64,000 nt of DNA. Source: Leptospira biflexa. GTDB taxonomy: Bacteria; Spirochaetota; UBA4802; JAGODF01. The stretch is taken from NCBI GenBank assembly GCA_020721925.1, contig DYLV01000001.1, positions 4,413-68,412 of the forward strand. Direction: 5' to 3'. Below are positions 21,496-32,178 of this stretch, piece by piece; position 1 is the stretch's first letter; each line of letters opens with the position of its first letter. The position numbers were made by a program, and so were the translations under genes. The notes beneath the pieces are model-generated. The model ran no database searches and was not told the origin of the DNA. It saw only the letters and a program-made list of their open reading frames with translations.

Positions 21496-22351
21496 AAAGC
21501 GCGTACTCGGAAAGGGACTCAGCGCCATCATATCCGAATCATCGAATCCTGTCGAGGAAATGGAATCGCTCATTTCAAGCGATGCATCCAGAATCGTTGA
21601 GATTCCCGTGCATGCAATCAAACCAAACCCTGACCAGCCGAGAACCAATTTCAATGAAAAAGAACTTGCGGAACTTGCAGAATCCATAAAATCGGTAGGC
21701 CTTATTCAACCGATCATCGTCAGAAAGTCTTCAAGCGGTTATTTTGTCATTGCCGGTGAAAGGAGGCTCAGGGCTACAAAGCTCGCTGGCTTTTCTCATA
21801 TTAAAGCAATCATAGTTGACGCAGGCGAGGAAGAAAATCTCACCTATGCCTTAATTGAAAACATTCAGCGTACCAATTTAGACCCGATTGAAGAAGCAAA
21901 AGCGTATCGCATGCTGATCAGCCGATTTAAGCTAAAACAGCAGGATGTCGCCGACAAAGTGGGCAAGGATCGCACCACAATTGCAAATGCTCTTCGCATT
22001 CTCACACTTCCTGAAACTATACAGCAGGCAATTTCAGATGGGAAAATCACTTCGGGGCATGCAAAAGCACTGCTCTCAGTCCCCGAAAACAGACAACTTG
22101 AGCTATTCGGTGAAATAATAAAAAAAGGCCTGTCCGTGAGGGAAACAGAAAAAATCGCTACCTCATATGCAGAGGAGGGAAAACCAAAAAAACGGAATGA
22201 AAAAAATCCGCACATCAGAAAAATGGAAGAAATGCTTGTATCCATTTTCGGCACAAAAGTCGAAATAAAACATTCCGGACAGCGTGGGAAAATAGAAATA
22301 AACTATTATTCACTCGAAGATTTTGAAAGGATTATTGAGCTTTTGAAATGA
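21485..22351 (+). CDS. parB: chromosome partitioning protein ParB/Spo0J
   Basis: [10 protein letters not shown] (ParB box), the HTH region and a C-terminal dimerisation domain are present. It overlaps parA by 11 nt. Confidence 0.9.
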   Translation: MSNKKRVLGKGLSAIISESSNPVEEMESLISSDASRIVEIPVHAIKPNPDQPRTNFNEKELAELAESIKSVGLIQPIIVRKSSSGYFVIAGERRLRATKLAGFSHIKAIIVDAGEEENLTYALIENIQRTNLDPIEEAKAYRMLISRFKLKQQDVADKVGKDRTTIANALRILTLPETIQQAISDGKITSGHAKALLSVPENRQLELFGEIIKKGLSVRETEKIATSYAEEGKPKKRNEKNPHIRKMEEMLVSIFGTKVEIKHSGQRGKIEINYYSLEDFERIIELLK

Positions 22352-22369
22352 GCAATTTGTACAACCAAC

Positions 22370-22404
22370 AAAAGCGCTCATAATTTTTTACCTCATGAGC
22401 GCTT
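22370..22404. terminator. hairpin between convergent parB and the PPIase gene
   Basis: An 11-bp perfect inverted repeat, AAAGCGCTCAT (22370-22380) and ATGAGCGCTTT (22394-22404), flanks a T-rich 13-nt loop. Confidence 0.45.
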
Positions 22405-22435
22405 TCTCAGAAAATAATAACATCGCTTTTCGACT

Positions 22436-23830
22436 TCATTCTCCAGACAGTTCGTTTTCCATTACCTTAAAATTTTCAGCATGCAATAGTTTATTCTTCC
22501 AGGCAGTCACCGCGGCTGACTGCTGTTTCATCGTCAGCGTTTTATCAATTCGCTCACGAGCTTCGGAATACGGCATAATTACCTTCTGACTTTTCCCGCC
22601 TACTTTTTTCATAGTATAGTATCGCTTGTCCTTATTCCGCTCATACTCATCCCGGATTTCCTTTTCGCCGATTTTTATTTCCTTGTTTCCGATCTGCTTC
22701 ATATATTCCCGCGCAAGGAGCGATTCACGCCGTATCTCAATTTTCTTTACATAGTCGGGATCGCGCACTATTCCTTTCTGCTCTGCAACTCTTTTCAGTA
22801 ACGAGTATCGAAGCATGCTTTCCGCAAGTCGCGTTTTTTGTTCGTCGGTAATTTTATTTTTCGCCTTTGGATCCTTAAAAATTCTTGTTGTAATAATATC
22901 GATTCTTTTTTCAAGATCGCCCAGCGTGCATACATCATTGCCGACCTTATAGAGCACCGCATTTTTATCCTTTTTTGATATATTTTCCAGAGTGATACTT
23001 ACATCTGGTGCATTTTTTAATGATAGAATATAATTCTCGCCTGCCTCTCGCAAAAGCTTATTCTTAAGCCGAGCCGCTTGCACCTTATTGCCTACGACAT
23101 CTTCAATATTCCGTGACGTGAGGTTTGTTTTCTCCTCAACCTTTACTATCGCGACCGCATTGCTCAGGCGAACCGGCTCTTTTGAATACTGACCGAGGGG
23201 CAGTTCGAACACTACTTTTGCAAGCGGCGGTTCGAGCATCGAGCGCACTACAAAGCCCACTTCGCCGCCTTTGCTCTTTGAAAAATCCTGCGAATGCTTC
23301 TTTGCAAGCTCCTCAAAGCTGTCGCCGGCATCGAGGCGTACAATAATAGCCTTCGCTTCTTGAATCGCCTTTTCAAATTCTTTTTCAAGCTCAGATTTTT
23401 TTATATCCACGCGCTTATTGTTCACCATCGTATAATTTTTCACATTAAGCACAATCTGGCGAAGCTTGACTGCCGGTTCATTGAAATCTGTTTTCTCACC
23501 AATTTCTTTTTTCAATACAATTGAAATAAGCTGTGATTCTGTGGAAATATCGGCAATTGCTTTAAAATCCTCTGTTTGGTCGAACCCCGCTTTTTTCGCC
23601 TCGGCGGCAGCAAGCTTCCACAGCCCCATCGTCTGAAGTTTGCTCGCCTGCTGCTTTTTCTTTTTCATTATACTGTCCCGGTTTATATGGTGCGCATCGA
23701 GCCATTCGTGGAACTCTCCGCGCGTGATTTTTCCACTGTTGTAGGTGGCAAGCACATCGCTGTCACGTTTGCAGGCGGCATTCATCGCAATCGCGCATAC
23801 GACAAACATAAAAACTGCAATTTTTTTCAT
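22436..23830 (-). CDS. periplasmic peptidyl-prolyl cis-trans isomerase (SurA/PpiD-like, parvulin domain)
   Basis: A signal peptide, a SurA-N-like chaperone region, and a PpiC/parvulin domain (GGEVGFVVRSMLEPPLAKVVFELPLGQYS). Confidence 0.75.
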   Translation of the reverse strand: MKKIAVFMFVVCAIAMNAACKRDSDVLATYNSGKITRGEFHEWLDAHHINRDSIMKKKKQQASKLQTMGLWKLAAAEAKKAGFDQTEDFKAIADISTESQLISIVLKKEIGEKTDFNEPAVKLRQIVLNVKNYTMVNNKRVDIKKSELEKEFEKAIQEAKAIIVRLDAGDSFEELAKKHSQDFSKSKGGEVGFVVRSMLEPPLAKVVFELPLGQYSKEPVRLSNAVAIVKVEEKTNLTSRNIEDVVGNKVQAARLKNKLLREAGENYILSLKNAPDVSITLENISKKDKNAVLYKVGNDVCTLGDLEKRIDIITTRIFKDPKAKNKITDEQKTRLAESMLRYSLLKRVAEQKGIVRDPDYVKKIEIRRESLLAREYMKQIGNKEIKIGEKEIRDEYERNKDKRYYTMKKVGGKSQKVIMPYSEARERIDKTLTMKQQSAAVTAWKNKLLHAENFKVMENELSGE

Positions 23831-23994
23831 TATCTTTCTCCCTCAGTACTTCACACAATTTTTTGCGCAAAATTTTACACACTCTTGATTAAATATTGAG
23901 GTTGTCAATAGTATTTTTTCTTTATCTTTCATGCATCTATGCGAGTACTCTGCCTCTCAGAACAATTCATTCACTGATTTGTATACCGTTGCAT

Positions 23995-26088
23995 CTATTC
24001 GGATATTTTTGAAAAATCCATAAGAGTCTTAAAAGGTTTTAAAATTCTTTCCAGTAGCGCAAGACGATTATCGCGGACTTTGACCTCTTCCGCCATCACC
24101 ATCACCCTATCGAAAAACATGTCTATGACAGGTTTCCCGGCTATGAGAAGATTGAAAAGTTCAATATATCTATTTTCGAAAATGTACCTTTCAATATCAG
24201 ATTTTTTTGATTCGAAAAAAGAATTAAGTGCCTTCTCGGCATCTTCTAAAAGGAGAGCTGGATCGAATTTCAGCATATAATCGCGGTTTTTCTGCCGGAA
24301 TGCAGTGTAAATATTGTTCATTCTTTTAAGAGAAAGAAGCATTTGCGAGAAATTTTCATTGGCGCGGTACTCGTTGATGCTCTTAGCCCGGCTGAAAAGC
24401 TCCAGATAGTCATAATTGCAGATTGAAAGGCATGCGTCGATTTCATCGTATCGGAATCCATGCTCTGCAAAAATCGTCTTTGCCCTTGCATTAATGAATT
24501 CAAGGATTTTATTTACGAGAGAGCCTCCTCCCCGATACAGCACTGCAACGCGCGAAAGAACACAATCAAGGCGCATGTTTATTTTCCCCTCGATGACCAT
24601 CTCCACAACCGCATTCGCCTGCCGTCGAAGCGCATATGGATCCTGCGATCCCTTCGGGATATTGCCGACTGAAAAAGAACCGAAAATATTATCAATCTTT
24701 TCGCTTATTGACACCACCAGAGAGACTTTCCCCTCGGGAAGGCGATCACCACTGAATCGTGGTCTGTACTGGGCATCAATTGCTTCCGCAACTTCCGGAT
24801 CTTCTTTATCCAGAAGCGCGTACACTTTCCCGATTTTCCCCTGCAGCGAAGTGAATTCAAACACCATTGCCGTATTGAGGTCTGCTTTGCAAAGATAAAT
24901 TGCCCGTTTCACCTTTTCTGTTTCATCTTTAGATAAAGAAATTTCCTCTGCGATCACATCGGCGATCTTATTCATCCTCTCAATCTTTTGATAGATAGTG
25001 CCGAGTTCCTTGTGAAAAAGGACGCTTTTCAACGACTCCACAAAATCTTCGAGCTTCTTTTTTCTGTCCTCATTGAAGAAAAATTTCCCATCGTTGAAGC
25101 GCGCCGCAATGACGCGCTCATTGCCTGTTTTAACATATTGCGTGGGGGGATTGTTCGTAACCACCAGAAATTTATTCAAAAGCTTTCCAGCTGGATCCAT
25201 CACCGCAAAATATTTCTGGTGCTCTTTCATTTCCGTGATAAGAACGATATCCGGAATTTCAAGGTATGAACGGTCAAATTCGCATATTGCCGCATAGGGA
25301 TATTCAACCAAAAATGTCACGGTTTCGAGCAATTCTTCATCATGCAGCATTACCCCGCCTGCTTTCTTTGCAGCATCCTCCAGCGCCGCGCGTATCATTT
25401 CTTTACGCCGATTGTGGTTTACGATAACACCATGCTGCTCGAGAACAGTCTCGTAATCTTCGGGCGATTCTATCTGTATCATCTTGTTGTGCTGTATGAA
25501 ATGACCTCTTGTCATATTTCTCGAAGGTATGTTTTCTATTGGAAGAGATATTTTATTGTTGTTTAAAATCACAAGAAAATAACGCACCGGACGGGCAAAA
25601 GTAATATGCTTATCGCTCCACCGCATTCTTTTGGGAAACGGCATGGCCGCAATAATTCCCTCTAAAATAGACGGAAGGACTTCTGCAGTTTTTTTCGATT
25701 CCAGAACTTTTTTACAGAATACATATTCCCCTTTTTCAGTGGTTTTTCGATATACCGCTGCAATTTCAACATTATTTCCCTGTACAAAACCTATCAACGC
25801 TTTGGTTGGTTTCCCCACCGCATCGTATGCTGCTTTGATGGAAGGGCCTTTGATTTCTTCTTCCAGCGATTCCTGTGTATCGCTAATATTGCTTCCGAGA
25901 ATTGCAATCCGACGCGGCGTCGCATACACACGAATGTCCTCATACTTAATGCGATACTCTGTGAGAGTATCCCTGAAGATTTTTTCCGTATATTCTGTCG
26001 CCGGAGTTAAATAACCAGCAGGTATTTCCTCGGTTCCTATTTCACAAAGAAAATTGATTCTTCCTTTTATTTGGCCTGTATCCGCCAT
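23995..26088 (-). CDS. glyS: glycine--tRNA ligase beta subunit
   Basis: LCEIGTEEIPAGY at the N-terminus and about 697 aa, typical GlyS. An AGGAG RBS lies 7 nt upstream of the ATG at 26088. The ORF extends to 26103. Confidence 0.88.
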   Translation of the reverse strand: MADTGQIKGRINFLCEIGTEEIPAGYLTPATEYTEKIFRDTLTEYRIKYEDIRVYATPRRIAILGSNISDTQESLEEEIKGPSIKAAYDAVGKPTKALIGFVQGNNVEIAAVYRKTTEKGEYVFCKKVLESKKTAEVLPSILEGIIAAMPFPKRMRWSDKHITFARPVRYFLVILNNNKISLPIENIPSRNMTRGHFIQHNKMIQIESPEDYETVLEQHGVIVNHNRRKEMIRAALEDAAKKAGGVMLHDEELLETVTFLVEYPYAAICEFDRSYLEIPDIVLITEMKEHQKYFAVMDPAGKLLNKFLVVTNNPPTQYVKTGNERVIAARFNDGKFFFNEDRKKKLEDFVESLKSVLFHKELGTIYQKIERMNKIADVIAEEISLSKDETEKVKRAIYLCKADLNTAMVFEFTSLQGKIGKVYALLDKEDPEVAEAIDAQYRPRFSGDRLPEGKVSLVVSISEKIDNIFGSFSVGNIPKGSQDPYALRRQANAVVEMVIEGKINMRLDCVLSRVAVLYRGGGSLVNKILEFINARAKTIFAEHGFRYDEIDACLSICNYDYLELFSRAKSINEYRANENFSQMLLSLKRMNNIYTAFRQKNRDYMLKFDPALLLEDAEKALNSFFESKKSDIERYIFENRYIELFNLLIAGKPVIDMFFDRVMVMAEEVKVRDNRLALLERILKPFKTLMDFSKISE

Positions 26089-26305
26089 AGCACCACTCCT
26101 CATGTACTTTTACATAACCTGTAATCCAACATCGCCAATTATAGTGTTTTCAAATCAACTTCCCACTTGCTTTTTGTCAATGTATTTACCGCATATAAAC
26201 GAATCAAAATAGATGTACCATTTCTCCTAAAGGAAAATTAATTTTTACTTGCAATTTTAAATCCATCAAATTATCGTACATATCATAAACTTCAATATAA
26301 TAATA

Positions 26306-26815
26306 ATGAGGGATACAATGGCGAAAGAATTCAAACATGCAGCACTCATCTGCACCCTAATTACCGCAGGCGCACTCATCGGGATGGTTGTCGGAGTCTC
26401 TTTCAAGCTTCCCCTCATTGTGCTCACTCTCATGTTGCCTGCAGTAATCTATGAAATATATCGCACTGAAGGCGTCTCGACAAAATTTGCCTCTCTGGGA
26501 ATGCTTGTGATACTCATTGCTGAAGCGGTACTCATCATCGCCAACATCAATATAAACCTTGCACACATTATGGGAAATAAAGCGGACATAACTCGTTATC
26601 GGATTCCTCTCGGTGATGTAAAAACATTAGGACCCATCATCATCGCAGCGCTATCCGGAATCCTCATTCGCCGCACTGCCGGTAAATACACCATCTGGCT
26701 TGGTGTAGTTATTCTTGTCAGTTCAATCGCACTGCTGTATGCAATCAATCCCGATATTCTCAGCCAGCTTTTTAGCGGTGGAGTGGTCGAAGAAGGGATA
26801 CGCCGGATCCGCTAA
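26306..26815 (+). CDS. hypothetical membrane protein (4-5 TM)
   Basis: 169 aa and hydrophobic, with no motif recognised. An alternative start lies at 26318. Confidence 0.5.
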   Translation: MRDTMAKEFKHAALICTLITAGALIGMVVGVSFKLPLIVLTLMLPAVIYEIYRTEGVSTKFASLGMLVILIAEAVLIIANININLAHIMGNKADITRYRIPLGDVKTLGPIIIAALSGILIRRTAGKYTIWLGVVILVSSIALLYAINPDILSQLFSGGVVEEGIRRIR

Positions 26816-26833
26816 TACAAGACGAAAGGAACA

Positions 26834-27178
26834 TCACGCCAATGCATCGAAAAATGTGCCTGGAGGCAGAGAAGCAGTGACGCTTTTGTGCCCATTTTCC
26901 CCATAGCAATATACAGAAGCAGTATTCATACTCTCAAGGAGTTTCCCTGCATCTTCGGGAAGTGGTTTAGAATAAATCGCACTGCCGTCCGTTCTTCGGG
27001 CCACCCCCTGTATCGGTTCCACACGCCCTTCAGCATACACGGGCCATATATAGACTTTTTCAGGAACCCGAGTTGCGACTCCGGATCGGTTGATGAATGA
27101 TATTTCCGATATGCCTGTAGAAATCCTCATATCGATACTATCGGCAACCTGTTGGACATTCTTTAGCGATAATGCCAT
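26834..27178 (-). CDS. hypothetical protein (114 aa)
   Basis: An ORF with plausible composition and no motif recognised. Confidence 0.4.
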   Translation of the reverse strand: MALSLKNVQQVADSIDMRISTGISEISFINRSGVATRVPEKVYIWPVYAEGRVEPIQGVARRTDGSAIYSKPLPEDAGKLLESMNTASVYCYGENGHKSVTASLPPGTFFDALA

Positions 27179-27290
27179 AACATCACAAACGCATTTTACA
27201 AAAATTTATTCTTGCCATTTCTGCCCGAAATACCATGCATACACTCCATGCCGCATGATATAAATTAAATATCAATTTCAGAGGCACGAA

Positions 27291-27836
27291 ATGACACGGT
27301 ACACTCACCATTCAGCCCCTTTTATCCTTATGATGATATCCTTTGTTATTTTTTTCCCCACCTGTACAACAGTCCCTTCGCGTCCCACGCTCGATCACCC
27401 CAATCTTCGCCGTTTCAACGACCATCAGATAAACCAGATCGTCATCACTGCATGGGAACATTTCAGCAATAAAAACTATGAATCAGCTGCTCTCGATTTC
27501 GAGCGCCTTATAAAAAAAAATTATTCGGACGATGACATCCTCTTCGGCGCAGCGATAACGAATTTCCGCATTACAAATAAAAAGAAAGCGCTTGATTTCT
27601 GTAGTGCCGCCCTTGAAAAAAATCCTTTGCATTTTGAAGCCCTTTTTCTGCGTGCACAAATCTATAATGCCCTCGGAAAACCCAATGCGGCCTTGAAAGA
27701 TTTCAAGTCTCTCGCTTCTATGGAATTTAAAAAAGAACTTGTATGCGGATATTATTTCCATGAAAACGATCTTGCCGGCAAAAACGCATTTGAAGAAAAA
27801 AAATCCTTGTCCCGTGCCGCACTCAGCGCGTTCTAA
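27291..27836 (+). CDS. TPR-repeat protein with signal peptide
   Basis: An N-terminal hydrophobic signal is followed by TPR-like repeats (NYESAALDFERLIKKN..., ALFLRAQIYNALGKPNAALKDF). Confidence 0.65.
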   Translation: MTRYTHHSAPFILMMISFVIFFPTCTTVPSRPTLDHPNLRRFNDHQINQIVITAWEHFSNKNYESAALDFERLIKKNYSDDDILFGAAITNFRITNKKKALDFCSAALEKNPLHFEALFLRAQIYNALGKPNAALKDFKSLASMEFKKELVCGYYFHENDLAGKNAFEEKKSLSRAALSAF

Positions 27837-27837
27837 G

Positions 27838-28476
27838 ATGGATGCAAAGCGATCAAAAAAAATATTGATGCAATTGCGGAGGTTCTACGGAGATGTTCGG
27901 CCCGATCTTTCGTTTCAAGGAATCTATCAGCTCGCGATTGCCGTAGTCCTATCTGCCCAGACGACAGACAGACAGGTTAATGAGGTCACTCAACCGCTTT
28001 TCGCACAGTATCCCGGATTCAAAGAACTCGCATCTGCGCATCAAAAAGATATCGAGAAAATTATTCGAAGCACCGGTTTTTTCAGAATGAAAGCAAAACA
28101 CATCATATCTCTGTCTCGCGAGGTTATGGATGTATATGGAGGGAAATTGCCAAACTCAAGAGAAGAACTCATGAAGCTTCCCGGCATCGGACGAAAATCT
28201 GCAAATGTCATTCTTTCTGTCGGATTCGGTATCCCCGCTTTTGCGGTGGATACTCATATCTCAAGGATCGCACAACGCCTGGGCTATACGAACTCGAATG
28301 ATCCCATTGAAGTCGAAAAGATCCTGACTTCAATCATCCCGGAAAACGAATGGACTTCGACGCACCTTCTCCTCATACGGCACGGCAGGTCGCTGTGTTT
28401 AGCAAGAAATCCGCAATGCGACAAATGTCCGGTCAGCGCTTTGTGCGATTATTTTTATAATATTCGTAAAAAGTAG
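27838..28476 (+). CDS. nth: endonuclease III (DNA glycosylase/AP lyase)
   Basis: LSAQTTD, the HhH-GPD motif LPGIGRKSANVIL, the catalytic Lys/Asp region, and a C-terminal 4Fe-4S cluster CLARNPQCDKCPVSALC. Confidence 0.88.
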   Translation: MDAKRSKKILMQLRRFYGDVRPDLSFQGIYQLAIAVVLSAQTTDRQVNEVTQPLFAQYPGFKELASAHQKDIEKIIRSTGFFRMKAKHIISLSREVMDVYGGKLPNSREELMKLPGIGRKSANVILSVGFGIPAFAVDTHISRIAQRLGYTNSNDPIEVEKILTSIIPENEWTSTHLLLIRHGRSLCLARNPQCDKCPVSALCDYFYNIRKK

Positions 28477-29758
28477 AGATTACATACGGATCGTTGCGTT
28501 GAATTCCTTTTTCTGCTGCGGGGTCTTTATCGGTGATTTTCCTCAAAGCCTCATACGAGGCGTCTGACAGCTTGAAGTCAATCCCGGTGAGATAGTCCAG
28601 CAGCAGTGGCACCACATTAATATCTTTCATTTCTCCAAAAACGGCAATAGCAAAGAGCTTGAAATTTTCGTTTGAGCCGATTATTTTATTCTTTATCTGT
28701 TCCGCTCTTCCTGCAGAATTTTTCGCTACAAGAGCAATATAATTCGATGCCGATTCAAGACGCGAAGGTGATTTCAACGACTGTTCCATCGCATAATCGA
28801 CAAGCCTGGCGAAAGGAATTTCCTGGGGAATAGAAAGAATAATACCGGCAATATAGTCTGCGTGATCAATTTTTTCCGCAAATAATAACTTTTCCCACTG
28901 CGCACTGGTGAAAATAATATCGCACCGAATATGTTTGGAAAGGGAGATAAAATCTCGTGAAAAAGATACCGCGCCTTTTTCTGCAATCGTGTCAGCAAGA
29001 TCATAGACGGGATATGAAAATCCTAACTTCATGAGGGCAAGGCCGGAAACCATGTGTTGATAGGAGGAAACCGGCGAATACCGGAAAATAAGAGCATATC
29101 CTCCCAGCAATAATGCGATGATAATTGACGTCGACGCTGAGGCATACAACAGTGACCACTTCTTATTGCGCTCACTTAAAAACCCAAAAAAAAGAAAGAA
29201 AAAAATAACAAGTAGCTTAATGAATTTCAGCACGAGTAGTCCGGCTCCCGCGAAAATAACCGACGAAAGATATTTATCAGCTAAGAAATACAGCACCGAC
29301 ACACCAAAAAAGATTACTATTTTTATTCCTGGTCTGGAACCTGTTTTCATTATAATGAAAAGCAGTAGAGAATAAATTACCAGATTTGAATACCGTCCGT
29401 TGAGAAGACTTAAAAGTGGATTCCAGGGCCAGTTCGGCAAACGAAGGTAGTCAACAAAAGTGAATATTATGGTGATTCCGTAAATTATCAACAACGGCAC
29501 CACCCCCATCTCAAAGAGAACAATGATGCTTCCTTTTTTTCCGAATCTTTTTCGATACAGTTCTTTAAGCCTTTCAACATCAATTGTAGAATAATTGTAG
29601 ATGAGATAAAAGGAAAAAACAAAAAGGTATACGCGGACAATAATGGAAATACCGTACCACTGGAAATGCAAATTAAAAATTAAATTAAAAATGAGAAGAA
29701 ATACCAAAAGGTATACGAATGTCGTCATTCTCCTGTAATGTATCGATATCAGGGACAT
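28433..29758 (-). CDS. polytopic membrane protein with C-terminal HEAT/PBS-lyase-like repeats
   Basis: The N-terminal half has about 9 TM helices. The C-terminal roughly 150 aa has HEAT-like repeats (NVVPLLLDYLTGIDFKLSDASYEALRKIT). Confidence 0.55.
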   Translation of the reverse strand: MSLISIHYRRMTTFVYLLVFLLIFNLIFNLHFQWYGISIIVRVYLFVFSFYLIYNYSTIDVERLKELYRKRFGKKGSIIVLFEMGVVPLLIIYGITIIFTFVDYLRLPNWPWNPLLSLLNGRYSNLVIYSLLLFIIMKTGSRPGIKIVIFFGVSVLYFLADKYLSSVIFAGAGLLVLKFIKLLVIFFFLFFGFLSERNKKWSLLYASASTSIIIALLLGGYALIFRYSPVSSYQHMVSGLALMKLGFSYPVYDLADTIAEKGAVSFSRDFISLSKHIRCDIIFTSAQWEKLLFAEKIDHADYIAGIILSIPQEIPFARLVDYAMEQSLKSPSRLESASNYIALVAKNSAGRAEQIKNKIIGSNENFKLFAIAVFGEMKDINVVPLLLDYLTGIDFKLSDASYEALRKITDKDPAAEKGIQRNDPYVISTFYEYYKNNRTKR

Positions 29759-29767
29759 GACTTTTCC

Positions 29768-30598
29768 TTATTTTTGCAGTAACACATCTCTCGGCAATCC
29801 TGCATAATCTTTATAGATTGAAACCAAAAACCCGCTCCTGTGCGCATGGTATGCGACATCATCGCTCATCCCCGCGCCAATTTCAATCAAAACTTTTCCA
29901 CCCCTTTTAAGATATCCACCTGCTTCATCTATCAGCCTGAAAATAATTTCTCTCCCTCTATCACGGCAGAAGAGAGAAAATTCTGGCTCAAAAAACAATT
30001 CTTTTGGAAGTGCATCTCTTTCTTCGTATCCAATGTAGGGAGGGTTAGAAACAATAATATCGAACTGCGCCATGTGCCACGGCGCAAAAAGATCTCCCTG
30101 TCGGAATTCTATTGCTTTCGTTCTTAAAATTCTTTCCGCATTGATTTGCGCAAGGCAGAGTGCTTCAAACGAAATATCAGATGCGAAAACCATGCAATCT
30201 GGCCTATTACGTTTCACTGCCACCGCAATCGCACCAGAACCGGTACCCACATCCAATATAGAACCGCTTTCTGGAGCGTGCTGTATCACCAGATCGACAA
30301 GCAACTCGGTTTCCGGGCGGGGCACCAATACGCGAGAATCGACGGTAAATTCAATTGAATAGAATTCTTTCTTCCCGACAATATACGGTACAGGCTCGCC
30401 CTTTTCCCTTCGTTTTCGGGCATCCATCAGCCATTCGATTTCTGCTTTCACAAGAGGCCTCTTCCCCTCTGCGATAAGCGTGTGCCGTTTGCATTGAAGC
30501 ACATGGGACAGAATAACCTCGGCATCCAACCTTGCGGTTTGACTTCCGGCGAGTGTAAACGCTTCAGTGAGCATCTGCAGTGCCCGGTCAACAGTCAT
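29768..30598 (-). CDS. prmC: release-factor glutamine N5-methyltransferase
   Basis: The SAM-binding motif is LDVGTGSGAIA and the substrate motif is VSNPPYI (NPPY). It lies immediately downstream of prfA. Confidence 0.88.
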   Translation of the reverse strand: MTVDRALQMLTEAFTLAGSQTARLDAEVILSHVLQCKRHTLIAEGKRPLVKAEIEWLMDARKRREKGEPVPYIVGKKEFYSIEFTVDSRVLVPRPETELLVDLVIQHAPESGSILDVGTGSGAIAVAVKRNRPDCMVFASDISFEALCLAQINAERILRTKAIEFRQGDLFAPWHMAQFDIIVSNPPYIGYEERDALPKELFFEPEFSLFCRDRGREIIFRLIDEAGGYLKRGGKVLIEIGAGMSDDVAYHAHRSGFLVSIYKDYAGLPRDVLLQK

Positions 30599-30599
30599 A

Positions 30600-31667
30600 T
30601 CAACTGGAAGCCTTCAGCAATTCCGCAATTTCATGCTGTTTCAAAGGCTCGATGATGTCATCGAGCTCACCATTTAAAACAGCATCGAGGTTGTAGAGCG
30701 TGAGGCCGATGCGGTGGTCGGTGACTCTTGATTGCGGAAAATTATAGGTGCGGATGCGCTCGCTTCTATCGCCGCTGCCGACCTGACTGCGTCGCGCTTC
30801 AACTTCCCTCCTTCGCCGTTCCTCCTCGAGTTTTTCAAAGAGGCGCGCCCGAAGCACACGCAGCGCTTTTATTTTATTTTTCAGCTGTGATTTTTCATCC
30901 TGGCAGGTGACCACCATCCCGCTTGGAAGATGAGTAATTCGCACGGCCGAATCAGTGGTATTAACCGATTGTCCCCCATGCCCGGATGACCGGTACACAT
31001 CAATGCGGAGTTCATCGGGATTTATATGGACTTCGCTTTCTTCAGCTTCGGGTAATACCGCCACGGTTACCGCGGACGTGTGTATGCGTCCACCCGATTC
31101 GGTGACGGGGATTCTCTGAACCCTATGTACCCCCGATTCATATTTTAAATTATCGTAAATATCCTGGCCGCTTACGGATGCAATAATTTCTTTGTAGCCC
31201 CCTATGCCGGTAGGGCTAGAGTCCATCAGTTCCACTTTCCAGCCTTTCATATCGCAGTATCTGGTGTACATCCGAAAAAGATCGGCGGCAAAAAGTGCAG
31301 CCTCTTCTCCTCCTGTGCCGGCGCGTATTTCAAGTATCACATCTTTGCCGCTATTTGGATCCTTCGGCAAAAGCAGTATTCTCAGTTCCTCATCAAGTGC
31401 GGCAATCGCATTTTCGAGCACATCAATTTCAGAAGTGAGAAGCTTTTTCATTTCCGGTTCTTTTTCCGCTTTGAGAAGTGCTCTGGCATCCTCCAGTTCC
31501 CCGCTCTTTTTTTTCCTTTCAAGATATTTTGCCACAATCGGAGAAATCCGGGCGTGTTCGCGGGAAAGCTCTCTGAAGCGATTCTGATCTGAAACAATTT
31601 CCGGTTTGCTGAGCTCTCGCTCAAGTTCGCCATGGCGGCGTAAAATTTCATCTAATCTATCGAACAT
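30600..31667 (-). CDS. prfA: peptide chain release factor 1
   Basis: The GGQ motif is in [24 protein letters not shown] PxT-type region is present. Length 355 aa. Confidence 0.92.
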   Translation of the reverse strand: MFDRLDEILRRHGELERELSKPEIVSDQNRFRELSREHARISPIVAKYLERKKKSGELEDARALLKAEKEPEMKKLLTSEIDVLENAIAALDEELRILLLPKDPNSGKDVILEIRAGTGGEEAALFAADLFRMYTRYCDMKGWKVELMDSSPTGIGGYKEIIASVSGQDIYDNLKYESGVHRVQRIPVTESGGRIHTSAVTVAVLPEAEESEVHINPDELRIDVYRSSGHGGQSVNTTDSAVRITHLPSGMVVTCQDEKSQLKNKIKALRVLRARLFEKLEEERRRREVEARRSQVGSGDRSERIRTYNFPQSRVTDHRIGLTLYNLDAVLNGELDDIIEPLKQHEIAELLKASS

Positions 31668-31782
31668 TATCTTTCTTCATACACTCATGAGAGAATATTG
31701 TGCAGCGTTTAAACCTGTTGACCGGATATTTTACGGAAAGATCATGATTGACATTCTCTTCCTGGTACTACCGTGTTTGCTG

Positions 31783-31856
31783 TGCTCCCGGGAGGACTCG
31801 AACCTCCGGCACATGGTTTAGGAAACCACTGCTCTATCCACCTGAGCTACGGGAGC
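31783..31856 (-). tRNA. tRNA-Arg (anticodon CCU)
   Basis: Reverse complement GCUCCCGUAGCUCAGGUGGAUAGAGCAGUGGUUUCCUAAACCAUGUGCCGGAGGUUCGAGUCCUCCCGGGAGCA folds into a cloverleaf. The acceptor stem is 7 bp, the D-stem is GCUC/GAGC, the anticodon loop is UUCCUAA, and the T-loop is UUCGAGU. CCA is not encoded. Confidence 0.85.
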
Positions 31857-32178
31857 GGATAAATACCCGTTCGAAATGAAATGCAATCTTTTGTGTAACT
31901 CTGGAACAGCCCGAATATTATTGTAAAGAATTTCTCAGTATTCTTACACGTCAATAGAAAAATATTATCATTGCCGCCTTTGATGCATTATGGGTACCTC
32001 AAATACCGCTTTCATCGAAAACGTTTTGAATGACATAAAATTTAGGATGTTCTTATCTGTTTTTACCCCTTATACACTTACGTGAACAATTTCTAATAGA
32101 GTTTTTAATGAATTCCTCATAAAGCAAAATAATTGTCCATATACAATTTGATACTGATTTTTCGGAAACTGCGGGATG

